Source of the DNA: Candidatus Moranbacteria bacterium GW2011_GWE2_35_2-
Lineage (GTDB): Bacteria; Patescibacteriota; Minisyncoccia; Moranbacterales; UBA9337
Reading direction: 5' to 3'
Length of the DNA stretch: 64,000 nt
Assembly: GCA_000990585.1 (NCBI GenBank)
Contig: LBQD01000001.1
Location: 207,276-271,275, forward strand
Position numbers and translations under genes: made by a program. Under the pieces are notes generated by a model. The model did no database searches and was not told the DNA's origin. It worked only from the letters and a program-made list of their open reading frames with translations. Shown in pieces: positions 1 through 8,357 of this stretch; within the stretch, counting starts at the first letter, position 1, and every line of letters starts with the position of its first letter.

Positions 1-294
1 GGACCGGAAATGATTTCTTGCCCTACCTGCGGCAGAACAGAAATTGATTTAATCGGATTGGCGAACAAAGTTGAAAAAGCGCTTTTGAAAATAAAAATAC
101 CTATTAAGGTAGCTGTAATGGGATGCGTGGTTAACGGTCCCGGAGAAGCCCGAGAAGCGGATATCGGAGTAGCCGGAGGAAAAGGAATGGGAGCTATTTT
201 TGCCAAAGGAAAAGTCATCAAAAGCGTCAAAGAAAAAGACATCCTCCCCACTCTTTTGGAAGAAATCAGGAAACTGGAAAAAGAAAAAATATAG
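1..294 (+). CDS. ispG: 4-hydroxy-3-methylbut-2-en-1-yl diphosphate synthase, C-terminal part (5' end outside window)
   Basis: SCPTCGRT and VAVMGCVVNGPGEAREAD Fe-S motifs; frame open from base 1. Confidence 0.95.
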   Translation, partial: GPEMISCPTCGRTEIDLIGLANKVEKALLKIKIPIKVAVMGCVVNGPGEAREADIGVAGGKGMGAIFAKGKVIKSVKEKDILPTLLEEIRKLEKEKI

Positions 295-303
295 AAAAAT
301 ACA

Positions 304-333
304 AAAAAACAAGGAAATATTTCCTTGTTTTTT
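304..333. terminator. Bidirectional intrinsic terminator
   Basis: Perfect palindrome aaaaaacaaggaaatatttccttgtttttt between convergent genes. Confidence 0.7.
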
Positions 334-359
334 ATATTACAAAAACACGCAAAAATCAC

Positions 360-2048
360 CTATTCCCCCTCCTTCATCCCCACTTCGGTGCTGATATTAG
401 GGTCAATCCATTTTAGGGGAAGTTGAATGTAGAAGCGCGAACCTTTTCCGATGCCGTCCGACTCAACCCAAACCCTTCCGCCATGCGCTTCAATAATATT
501 TTTCGCCACAAACAAACCTAAACCAGTTCCAGTGGCATTAAGTCTTGAGGTATTTTTACCGCGAGAGAATTTTTTGAAAAGATATGGAATTTCATCTCTC
601 GGTATTCCAATTCCAGTATCGGAAACAATAATTTTCACTGAGTTTGAATCGCTTTCAAATCCGATCTCCACCCCTCCTTTTTCAGTATATTTAATTGCAT
701 TGTCGATAAAATTGGAAATAACTTCGCGTACCTTGATTCCATCAACGTGAAAAACAGGCAATGGACTTTTTGGAGCGTTGACTTTCAAAAATAATCCTTC
801 GTCTTCAGCTTTGAGCGCCAAACTATCACACGATTGACTAACCAAATCCTCTAATCGCGCATCTGCCAAATCATATTTCATTCTTCCAGATTCAATTCGC
901 GAAGCATTGAGTAAGTCTTCCACTAAAAGAATCAATCGCTCATTGGCACTATAAGCTTTTTGCAAAGCGTTTTTAACAGAATCATCCACTTGTCCATATG
1001 AACCTTCGACAACCAAAGACAAGTACCCCTTGATTGCCGTGAGCGGAGTACGCAATTGATGTGAAGCGATGGAGATAAACTCAGACTTGGCTTTGTCCAA
1101 CTTTTTCAATTGAATATTCGCTTTCACCAATTGCTGACTTAAAACCTCCAATTCTTCTTTTTGCTGAATATCCCGTTTTACTGATTTGGTCAAAATATAC
1201 CCAAACCCCAACGCTAAAATTAAAGTAATCCCAACTAAAATAAAATTCACCAAAGAATCAATAAAAAAATATTCAGAGGCAATAATAATTATCAATGAGA
1301 GCATCAAAGCTTGCACTCCGAATACTTTTACATTAAAAGCTTTGTAACGAACGATTAAATATGCCAAAACACCCATAAAAACAGGGGCTCCGAATAGTCC
1401 GTATTGGGTTATTTCCCAATCAGTGGTAATATTTCCAACTATATTCGCCCACGAAAAAGAAATGATAAAAAATATAACCCCTAAAGAAAATATTACGATA
1501 TGTTTCCTTGACATTCCTTCACGGATAAATATTAAATTCTTCACAAGAAAATAAATAATTAAAGCGGATAATAATATTTCGAAGGAATAATTATATTTCA
1601 TCAATTCTCCCTGTATTGATTCGCACACCGAAAGGTCAAAATACTTCAAGTTATATGTCGTCGAAAGCAAAAATAAAATCGGCAGAAAAAGAATAACTAC
1701 GACAAATTTGAATCGATAATCGGTTTTTTCTTTCAGATAATGAGAAACGAAATACAAAAGAGTTAAGTATATCAAAGGTTCAACCAAATTCATCAGTCCC
1801 CATGAAAGCATTATGATTCTGCTGTCGATATTGACCCATGTAATTACATCAAAAATCGACCACAAAGAAAACAAAATCGCCACAATAAAAATCAAAAATG
1901 CGCTTATGGAAGAAGTATTCTTGAAAAAAACATAAGATCCTATAACTAAGGTTGCTATTATTCCGGTAAAGTGTGAATAATATAACAACTGAGGAGCTAT
2001 GTCGGAAAAAAGAAATAGAAATGGTGCTGAAGCATCTTGGCAAAACAT
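360..2048 (-). CDS. Multi-TM sensor histidine kinase (HisKA + HATPase_c)
   Basis: ASHQLRTPL H-box, NFIDNAIKY N-box, DTGIG and GTGLGL G-boxes; about 290-aa hydrophobic N-terminus. Confidence 0.92.
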   Translation of the reverse strand: MFCQDASAPFLFLFSDIAPQLLYYSHFTGIIATLVIGSYVFFKNTSSISAFLIFIVAILFSLWSIFDVITWVNIDSRIIMLSWGLMNLVEPLIYLTLLYFVSHYLKEKTDYRFKFVVVILFLPILFLLSTTYNLKYFDLSVCESIQGELMKYNYSFEILLSALIIYFLVKNLIFIREGMSRKHIVIFSLGVIFFIISFSWANIVGNITTDWEITQYGLFGAPVFMGVLAYLIVRYKAFNVKVFGVQALMLSLIIIIASEYFFIDSLVNFILVGITLILALGFGYILTKSVKRDIQQKEELEVLSQQLVKANIQLKKLDKAKSEFISIASHQLRTPLTAIKGYLSLVVEGSYGQVDDSVKNALQKAYSANERLILLVEDLLNASRIESGRMKYDLADARLEDLVSQSCDSLALKAEDEGLFLKVNAPKSPLPVFHVDGIKVREVISNFIDNAIKYTEKGGVEIGFESDSNSVKIIVSDTGIGIPRDEIPYLFKKFSRGKNTSRLNATGTGLGLFVAKNIIEAHGGRVWVESDGIGKGSRFYIQLPLKWIDPNISTEVGMKEGE

Positions 2049-2130
2049 TTTTTTATTTTTATATTATATTATTTTATTTTTTATTGCCCTATAATTATAC
2101 CACAAATTAAATCAATACATCTACTAAATA

Positions 2131-3423
2131 TTATATCCAACCCCACTTTCTCAATTTTTCCCCATCTTCCTGTTCAAACTTCATCCCGATATCATTTCTG
2201 TAAAACTTTTTCGGAATTATAATTTTTTTAATTATTCTATGAATATTCTCTCTAACCTCCCCGACTGTCCCGCCTGAACATGCAACATTCAAAACAAATC
2301 CGGAATCTCCTGCTATCCTAAATTTCCCGTCATCATCCCTATAAACTTCATCGAAATGAATATTTTTAATTTCATCTTCTGTTAATTTAGATGAAAAATA
2401 AATTTCTTTATTCCTAAATGAATATTTTTCATTATCAACTTTATATGGAAAAGGAGGAACCGCAATCAAAACAGTCATAGAAAATCCATCTTTATATTTT
2501 AATTCGTATTTTTCTCCGTCCGCCACCGCTTTTAAAAATTTACTCCAATCGGATATATGCAAAGATTCTTGTGCATGAATAGCAGGCCAGCCAAATCTTG
2601 TTGTCAATTCCAATGGAAAAATTTTACCTTTATTAACAATACAATTTATATCAACATCGCCACGAAAATCTATTTTCTGAAAAAATGGTTTTAATTTTTC
2701 CAGTGTAGCTTGGAATAATTTATTGTTTTCATCCTTTTCATACCACATCAAAGTTCCCATTTCATCGGTTTTCGGACCTATACATCCCGCAAATAAATCT
2801 TTATGCTCCATATTAATTTCGATAGGACCAACCCAATCATTTCCATTAAAATATCTCGCCACTCCAATTTCAATTCCATATACCCTTTTTTGCAAATCTA
2901 CCGGAATACATTTTTCCTTATTTTGAAAATAAGATTCAAGAACATCAATAACATCCCTTCCGTCCTTAAATTCTCCCACATAGTTACAAGTCTTATCTTG
3001 ATGTCCATTTTGCTTAATAACCCAAGGTCCTTCATTATTTTTCACAAATGCAACTGCTTTTTCCAATAAATCGAATCTTTCCGTTGGAGCAATATCAATT
3101 CCGCAAGCAGAAAATATTTTTTGTCCGTATTGCCGATCATGCTCGAGCTTGTCTCCCATTTCGCATCCTCCGATAACGGAATATCCGTTTTTTCTCAACT
3201 CATCTTGAATTTTTCCATATCCAGTGCTATCAAAGACAATCATCCCCTCTTTTCCGACCCATTCAAGATCCTTTTCCCAATTGTCTGTTTTTTCAACCAT
3301 TCCATCGAAACATTTTTTCAAATCATGATCATCGATGAAAAGTCGCACGTCATTGCCTTCATTTTTCAATCTATACGCCAAATCTCCGCCTGACAAATCT
3401 CTCGAAACAAAAAGTATGTTCAT
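2131..3423 (-). CDS. PurD-like ATP-grasp amide ligase (divergent)
   Basis: PWVIK, GPKTDEMG (cf. PurD GPNTGGMG), LELTTRFGWP, YRNDIG; the canonical N-terminal GSGGREHA is absent. Confidence 0.75.
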   Translation of the reverse strand: MNILFVSRDLSGGDLAYRLKNEGNDVRLFIDDHDLKKCFDGMVEKTDNWEKDLEWVGKEGMIVFDSTGYGKIQDELRKNGYSVIGGCEMGDKLEHDRQYGQKIFSACGIDIAPTERFDLLEKAVAFVKNNEGPWVIKQNGHQDKTCNYVGEFKDGRDVIDVLESYFQNKEKCIPVDLQKRVYGIEIGVARYFNGNDWVGPIEINMEHKDLFAGCIGPKTDEMGTLMWYEKDENNKLFQATLEKLKPFFQKIDFRGDVDINCIVNKGKIFPLELTTRFGWPAIHAQESLHISDWSKFLKAVADGEKYELKYKDGFSMTVLIAVPPFPYKVDNEKYSFRNKEIYFSSKLTEDEIKNIHFDEVYRDDDGKFRIAGDSGFVLNVACSGGTVGEVRENIHRIIKKIIIPKKFYRNDIGMKFEQEDGEKLRKWGWI

Positions 3424-3474
3424 AAAAAAATAATTCTGCGCAATTCCGGATAAAACCGCAAAAAATAAACTTGA

Positions 3475-4038
3475 TTATATATTATTTAAAAATCTCATAA
3501 TCCCATCATACCCCAAAGAATAGGTACCTGTCCAAAACACTGCTTGAAGCGATGTCATAAAAAAAATAACCAGTCCTTTTTTAAAGATAGTGTTGAGTTC
3601 ATTTTTAAAGTATTCGACCATTCTTTCCGGGCCATCCCAAATAGACGCTTTCAGTGCAAAAATGAAAAAAGAAGTCATACCGACCATTTTTGATTTAGAA
3701 AAAATTTTCCCAATAGATCTTCTATATTCTTGTCCTAAAGTCAAATCTTTTCCTGATTTAATGCAGATAATAAGAAGTAAGGTGGCTGAAATAAAATCAA
3801 AAGCCCACATCGCAAAAAATGCTTCCGCAAAACCCGATCCTGCCTGCTTAAATATGATTATCAAAAGAATGCTAAGTCCTGTTAATCCATAATCAAGAAT
3901 TGAATAAACAGCCCAGCGGATTACAATTGATTTTGTCCGTAAAAATTTTTCCCGTAAGGTTTCTTCACCTAATATCAGTCCGCTTCCGAGTATTATAACA
4001 GCCACCACCCCTAAAATTTTCGCAATATTCTCTTCCAT
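3475..4038 (-). CDS. Hypothetical membrane protein
   Basis: 187-aa ORF with several hydrophobic segments; no motif recognised. Confidence 0.7.
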   Translation of the reverse strand: MEENIAKILGVVAVIILGSGLILGEETLREKFLRTKSIVIRWAVYSILDYGLTGLSILLIIIFKQAGSGFAEAFFAMWAFDFISATLLLIICIKSGKDLTLGQEYRRSIGKIFSKSKMVGMTSFFIFALKASIWDGPERMVEYFKNELNTIFKKGLVIFFMTSLQAVFWTGTYSLGYDGIMRFLNNI

Positions 4039-4047
4039 TAAATTATT

Positions 4048-4109
4048 CTTAATTTCAAATCAACCAAATCCCAATTTCCACCCACTGCGTTTTATTATAC
4101 ATAAAAAAA
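4048..4109. repeat. 62-bp direct repeat, copy 1 (TATAAT on minus strand; promoter/leader of the 4038 gene)
   Basis: cttaatttcaaatcaaccaaatcccaatttccacccactgcgttttattatacataaaaaaa, identical to 9498-9559. Confidence 0.95.
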
Positions 4110-4134
4110 TTTAGAAAAACAAATCTGACAAATA

Positions 4135-4177
4135 AAAAAGAGGCCGAATGGAAATCCATAAAGCCCCTTATGCTCGT
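4135..4177 (-). terminator. Probable terminator after the LysRS-like gene
   Basis: Minus strand GGGGCTTTATGGATTTCCATTCGGCCTC hairpin followed by a T6 run. Confidence 0.5.
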
Positions 4178-4190
4178 ACAAATAACTGCA

Positions 4191-5498
4191 TTAAAAAACT
4201 GGCAAGATACAAGTCTCTCTCGCATTCTTTTCGCCTTCTTGAAAAAGCATATAGAAACGATTGAGACCGAAGCCTATTCCGGCCGTCGGTGGAAGACCGA
4301 ATCCTAATGCACTAAGATAATCCTCATTTATTACTCTTCCTGTTCTCTCGGATTGTTCTATTAAGAGAGAAGAAACTTTTTTCATGTCATTTTCATCAGT
4401 TGAAATAGTTGCCATATTCACCCCCATTGCAATAAAAAAGGCACTTTCAGACATTTTCTCGTTTTGAGAATTTCTTTTGGCAAATGGAGATATTCCCGAC
4501 GGAACATCCACTAAAAAAGTTGGCTCAATAAAATTGGGGGTGAAAATCTTATCTACTAATTTCATTGTCCAAGTAAATTCATCCATATCCTCGAAAAAGA
4601 CCCCAGAAAATTTTCTCGCCAACCAAGTAGCCGTGCATTTATCCCCTCTAATTCCCAGAAACTCAAGACAAGCTTCATCAAAAGTTTTCCTGGCAAAAGG
4701 AGGTTTAAAGCAAACTTCACTATTACCATCAAATATAGATGATTGCCCAGTGACCTTGGTTAAAACATGGAAAATCATTCGCTCCAATAACTGCATCATA
4801 TCGTGATAATTCTGGTTAACTGCATACAATTCCAGTAGAGTAAATTCCGGTAAATGCATCCTATCAATTCCTTCATTCCTGAAGGATTGAGAAAGTTCAT
4901 AGACCTTTTCAAATCCTGCTACCATCAACCTTTTGAGCTTTAATTCACTGGTTAAGCTCAAATAAAGTTTTTTTCCATTAGCCTTGCAAACCGTTTGAAA
5001 TGGTTCGGCTTGACCTCCTTCAAAATGTTCCTGAAGAATGCCTGTGACAAATTCCCTAAATCCTTCTTTTCTCAGAAATTGCCTGACAGCATCATTCAAT
5101 TGAGACATTATCAAAATATAATCAAAAAGAGATTTATTAGCAATAATATCCATAACTTTATTTCCGCTTCTGCTCAGATGATTAATTCCTCCGAGCTTAT
5201 TCTGAAGGACTTCACATCCTTCTTTCTCCAGATAAACTGATTTAATAGAAATAGATGGCTCTCCTTTTTGAGTTACGATTTTCTCTCCTTCAAAGAAAAT
5301 CAAACTACCTAAACCCACTTTTTTGAATTGTTCATAATCAGTAGTTAATCCTTTTTGAATCAATAGCTGAACATCTTCTTCTTGAAAGCGAACTTTCCAG
5401 AATGATATTTTTCCAAAATCTCTCTTTTTGAGAACTCTGGCATAACCAGAAAACTGCGTGCCGTTTTCAACCTTTTCAAGAAAATTCTTATCTCTCAT
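4191..5498 (-). CDS. Class II lysyl-tRNA synthetase paralogue (divergent)
   Basis: N-terminal OB-fold-like region; ELKLKRL; motif 2 FRNEGIDRMHLPEF; motif 3 GLPPTAGIGFGLNR; degenerate substrate-binding segment. Confidence 0.85.
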   Translation of the reverse strand: MRDKNFLEKVENGTQFSGYARVLKKRDFGKISFWKVRFQEEDVQLLIQKGLTTDYEQFKKVGLGSLIFFEGEKIVTQKGEPSISIKSVYLEKEGCEVLQNKLGGINHLSRSGNKVMDIIANKSLFDYILIMSQLNDAVRQFLRKEGFREFVTGILQEHFEGGQAEPFQTVCKANGKKLYLSLTSELKLKRLMVAGFEKVYELSQSFRNEGIDRMHLPEFTLLELYAVNQNYHDMMQLLERMIFHVLTKVTGQSSIFDGNSEVCFKPPFARKTFDEACLEFLGIRGDKCTATWLARKFSGVFFEDMDEFTWTMKLVDKIFTPNFIEPTFLVDVPSGISPFAKRNSQNEKMSESAFFIAMGVNMATISTDENDMKKVSSLLIEQSERTGRVINEDYLSALGFGLPPTAGIGFGLNRFYMLFQEGEKNARETCILPVF

Positions 5499-5545
5499 AG
5501 CTTCTCTCCATTTTTTGAAATGTAAATGAACTTTTATTAAAAATT

Positions 5546-6454
5546 CTATTTTTTAGGTATAAACACGAACTCTCCACAACCTGCTCCGACATCCTTACCT
5601 GCAGTCATAAATCTGACAATTTCATTTTCAACCCCATTATTTCTTAATTTATCTTCAAACTCTAATAAATCACCATAACCCGCCTTTTGATAATTGTCAA
5701 TATCGTTATTGGGTTCCGTTAATATTAGTTTAAAAATTTCCTTTTTGTCTTTTAGCAAATTTGCCAGTTTTTTAACATCTTCATTAAGATTATTAAATCC
5801 TAAAAACAACATGTAATTCAACCAAATAAATCTGCCTGTTTTTTTATAATAATCCTCAGCCGATTTAATAATTTCAGAAATTGAATACTTATTGGCAGCA
5901 GGCATAATTTTTTTTCTTTTTTCATCATCCGAAGCGTGCAAAGAAACCCAAAGGTCAATAGGAAGCTTTTCTTCCGCTAACTTATTCAATGAGTCAGGTA
6001 TTCCTACTGTCGCCAAGGCAATTCTTCTTATTCCGCTATACAAATCCTTTTTTTCTATAAGCTCTCTCATACAATTCACAACTTCGTCATAATTATCCAA
6101 TGGCTCACCTATTCCCATAAAAACAATACAATCAAATTTTTCAGTTTTTTCTTCCTTAGCTAAAACTCTTAACTCATCTTTCATTTCTTTCTTTGATAAA
6201 TTTCTCAAATATCCGTTTTTTCCCGAGGTGCAAAATTTGCAACCATATTTGCAACCCACTTGAGTCGAAATACAAGCATGCTCCTCCATCCTGCCATCCA
6301 TAATCATATGGAATGCCGCACTTTCAATCATATTTCCATCGTCTAATTTCAATCTCAGTTTTAAATCAGAAAGAGGCTGGAAGGTTTCTTTTTTCCATTT
6401 ATCTGTTTTTTGACGAGGATAACTATATTTTTTTCTATTTATAACTTTCATCAT
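5546..6454 (-). CDS. RlmN/Cfr-family (class A) radical SAM methyltransferase, short form
   Basis: CISTQVGCKYGCKFC, FMGIGEPLDN, SLHA, C-terminal AGCGE; 302 aa. Confidence 0.88.
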   Translation of the reverse strand: MMKVINRKKYSYPRQKTDKWKKETFQPLSDLKLRLKLDDGNMIESAAFHMIMDGRMEEHACISTQVGCKYGCKFCTSGKNGYLRNLSKKEMKDELRVLAKEEKTEKFDCIVFMGIGEPLDNYDEVVNCMRELIEKKDLYSGIRRIALATVGIPDSLNKLAEEKLPIDLWVSLHASDDEKRKKIMPAANKYSISEIIKSAEDYYKKTGRFIWLNYMLFLGFNNLNEDVKKLANLLKDKKEIFKLILTEPNNDIDNYQKAGYGDLLEFEDKLRNNGVENEIVRFMTAGKDVGAGCGEFVFIPKK

Positions 6455-6457
6455 TTT

Positions 6458-7489
6458 TTACCCAGCCACACCTGATTCTTTAATTTCAAAAATATTATTC
6501 CGAGAATCAAGCATCACTTTAGCTCCTAACGGCAAGGTCATTATTGGAGAGACATGACCAATGTTCGCATTAAATAAAATTGGATAATTATACTTCTTTG
6601 TATAATAATCAATAATTTTTCTAAGTTCTTTATTATCATCTTCATTATAAAAGTATGGTCTTCCGATTATTAACCCTTTTATATCCTTAAACACTCCTAT
6701 ATTATCTATATCAGCTAAAAATGAATCTAGATCAGCTAGAGGAAATTTTTCTCCCGGACTTGATTCGGGGATATCAATAAACATAATCTTATTTTTAAAA
6801 TCTACCCAGTATTCAGTTCCTGTGAGATGATTCATGGATGGAATACAACCTCCAAAAATTTGCCCTTGCGCTTTTCCTTTCTTCCACCATTCGTAACCTT
6901 TCGAAGGAGTTAGCTTCCTGGCTCTGGTTTGGTCTTTTTTCTCAAACCAATCCAAAAATTCCCAAGTCCAGGAATTAGACTGATTTACGTTACCAATCAC
7001 CTTATTATCCATTACTCCTTTTTCAAAATATTCCAACGTGTATGGCAAAACTTCAGGGTACTCTCCAAATTCAGAAATGATGCAGGGACCGTAATAAGTC
7101 CTTAAGTTAGCCTTTACCGCAAAAGCCATATGAAGCACTGTGATATCTGAATATCCTATAAAAATTTTAGGATTGTCCCTAATAACATCAAAATTAAGAT
7201 ATTTTAAAACTTGATTGGAATGGTCACCTCCAATTGTTGTGATTATCGCCTTAACTTCTTTATCTAAAAACATCTCGTGAATATCATCAGCCCTTTCTTT
7301 TCCCGAGGCAGATACGTAACCATTGTTTTTCAGCGAATTTTTTGCATATTTAATATTGAATCCTAATTTCAATAAATTTTTTTTTGCCTGTTCTATTCGA
7401 TGTGGAAAAATAGGACCCAAGCCTGCTGACGGAGAAACAATCCCGATTATATCGCCTTTCTTTAATTTTTTTGGAATAATTAAGTTCAT
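6458..7489 (-). CDS. S66 family peptidase, MccF-like (microcin C immunity type)
   Basis: IVSPS, IGGDHSNQVL, FIGYSDIT (catalytic Ser), IGHVSPIMTLPLG (His), Trp-containing loop WTWEFLDW. Confidence 0.88.
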   Translation of the reverse strand: MNLIIPKKLKKGDIIGIVSPSAGLGPIFPHRIEQAKKNLLKLGFNIKYAKNSLKNNGYVSASGKERADDIHEMFLDKEVKAIITTIGGDHSNQVLKYLNFDVIRDNPKIFIGYSDITVLHMAFAVKANLRTYYGPCIISEFGEYPEVLPYTLEYFEKGVMDNKVIGNVNQSNSWTWEFLDWFEKKDQTRARKLTPSKGYEWWKKGKAQGQIFGGCIPSMNHLTGTEYWVDFKNKIMFIDIPESSPGEKFPLADLDSFLADIDNIGVFKDIKGLIIGRPYFYNEDDNKELRKIIDYYTKKYNYPILFNANIGHVSPIMTLPLGAKVMLDSRNNIFEIKESGVAG

Positions 7490-7500
7490 TTTGTTTTAAT

Positions 7501-8340
7501 TTAACTCTTAATAGCCACCACAAACATATTCATACCCCTATTTATAACTGTTGAATGACTGTTGTATTTCATTTCCAATTCAAATACCTTACTGAAAAAA
7601 TCCTCTCTCTCCAATGCATCTGAAATTCTACTTCTTTTAACATTTTCCGGGTCAAAATCTTCATATCCAGGTTGAACAAATACTGGAACTCCATAAGTTT
7701 TTTCGATAGAAAAACCTGCTTTTTGCAAATCATTTTCCAATATTTCTTTAGAAAAAACATTTAATTTTGGCACATAATCACCCCACTTAACCATTTTCTC
7801 CTCATCTAAATTATTCAGTTCTACAGCTTCAGCACAAAAATTATTTATTTTTGAAAAAATAGCATTATAAAAGCCATGACCCATTATAATAGCTTTTCCG
7901 CCTTTTTTTAAAATTCTATATATTTCACTGAACGCCTTTTCTTTTTCGTATATAAAACTTATCGGACTATAAATACTGATAACATAATCAATTGAGTCAG
8001 ATTTTAATTTTTCCATATTTTTCAAATCCCCTTCAATCAGTTGTACTCTACTTTCAATATCTGAATTTTTGATATTTTTTTCCGCCTCTTCAAGCATATC
8101 GCTAGACAAATCATATACAATAAATTTTGATTTATAGATTTTGCTTAAATCACAAACCCATCTTCCTGTTCCTCCTCCAGCATCCAAGATGATTGATTCC
8201 TCTCCAATATCAACAGGAATATTGTCCCTTATAATTTGCATAATTAAGGCATCAGATAGCTTCCAAAAACCATGTTTATTAGCATTATCGACATTTTTTG
8301 AATATGGCTTGAAAAAATTATCAAATTCTTTTTTATTCAT
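7501..8340 (-). CDS. Class I SAM-dependent methyltransferase
   Basis: ILDAGGGTG motif I, YDLSSDML, RILKKGG. Confidence 0.9.
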   Translation of the reverse strand: MNKKEFDNFFKPYSKNVDNANKHGFWKLSDALIMQIIRDNIPVDIGEESIILDAGGGTGRWVCDLSKIYKSKFIVYDLSSDMLEEAEKNIKNSDIESRVQLIEGDLKNMEKLKSDSIDYVISIYSPISFIYEKEKAFSEIYRILKKGGKAIIMGHGFYNAIFSKINNFCAEAVELNNLDEEKMVKWGDYVPKLNVFSKEILENDLQKAGFSIEKTYGVPVFVQPGYEDFDPENVKRSRISDALEREDFFSKVFELEMKYNSHSTVINRGMNMFVVAIKS

Positions 8341-8357
8341 ATTATTTAAAGTTAATA

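Noticed and set aside
2131-3423. Canonical purD
   Set aside because: Signature motifs are altered and there are no pur neighbours; left as PurD-like.
4191-5498. Housekeeping lysS or epmA
   Set aside because: The substrate segment is degenerate for lysS and EpmA lacks an OB-fold, so no symbol was assigned.
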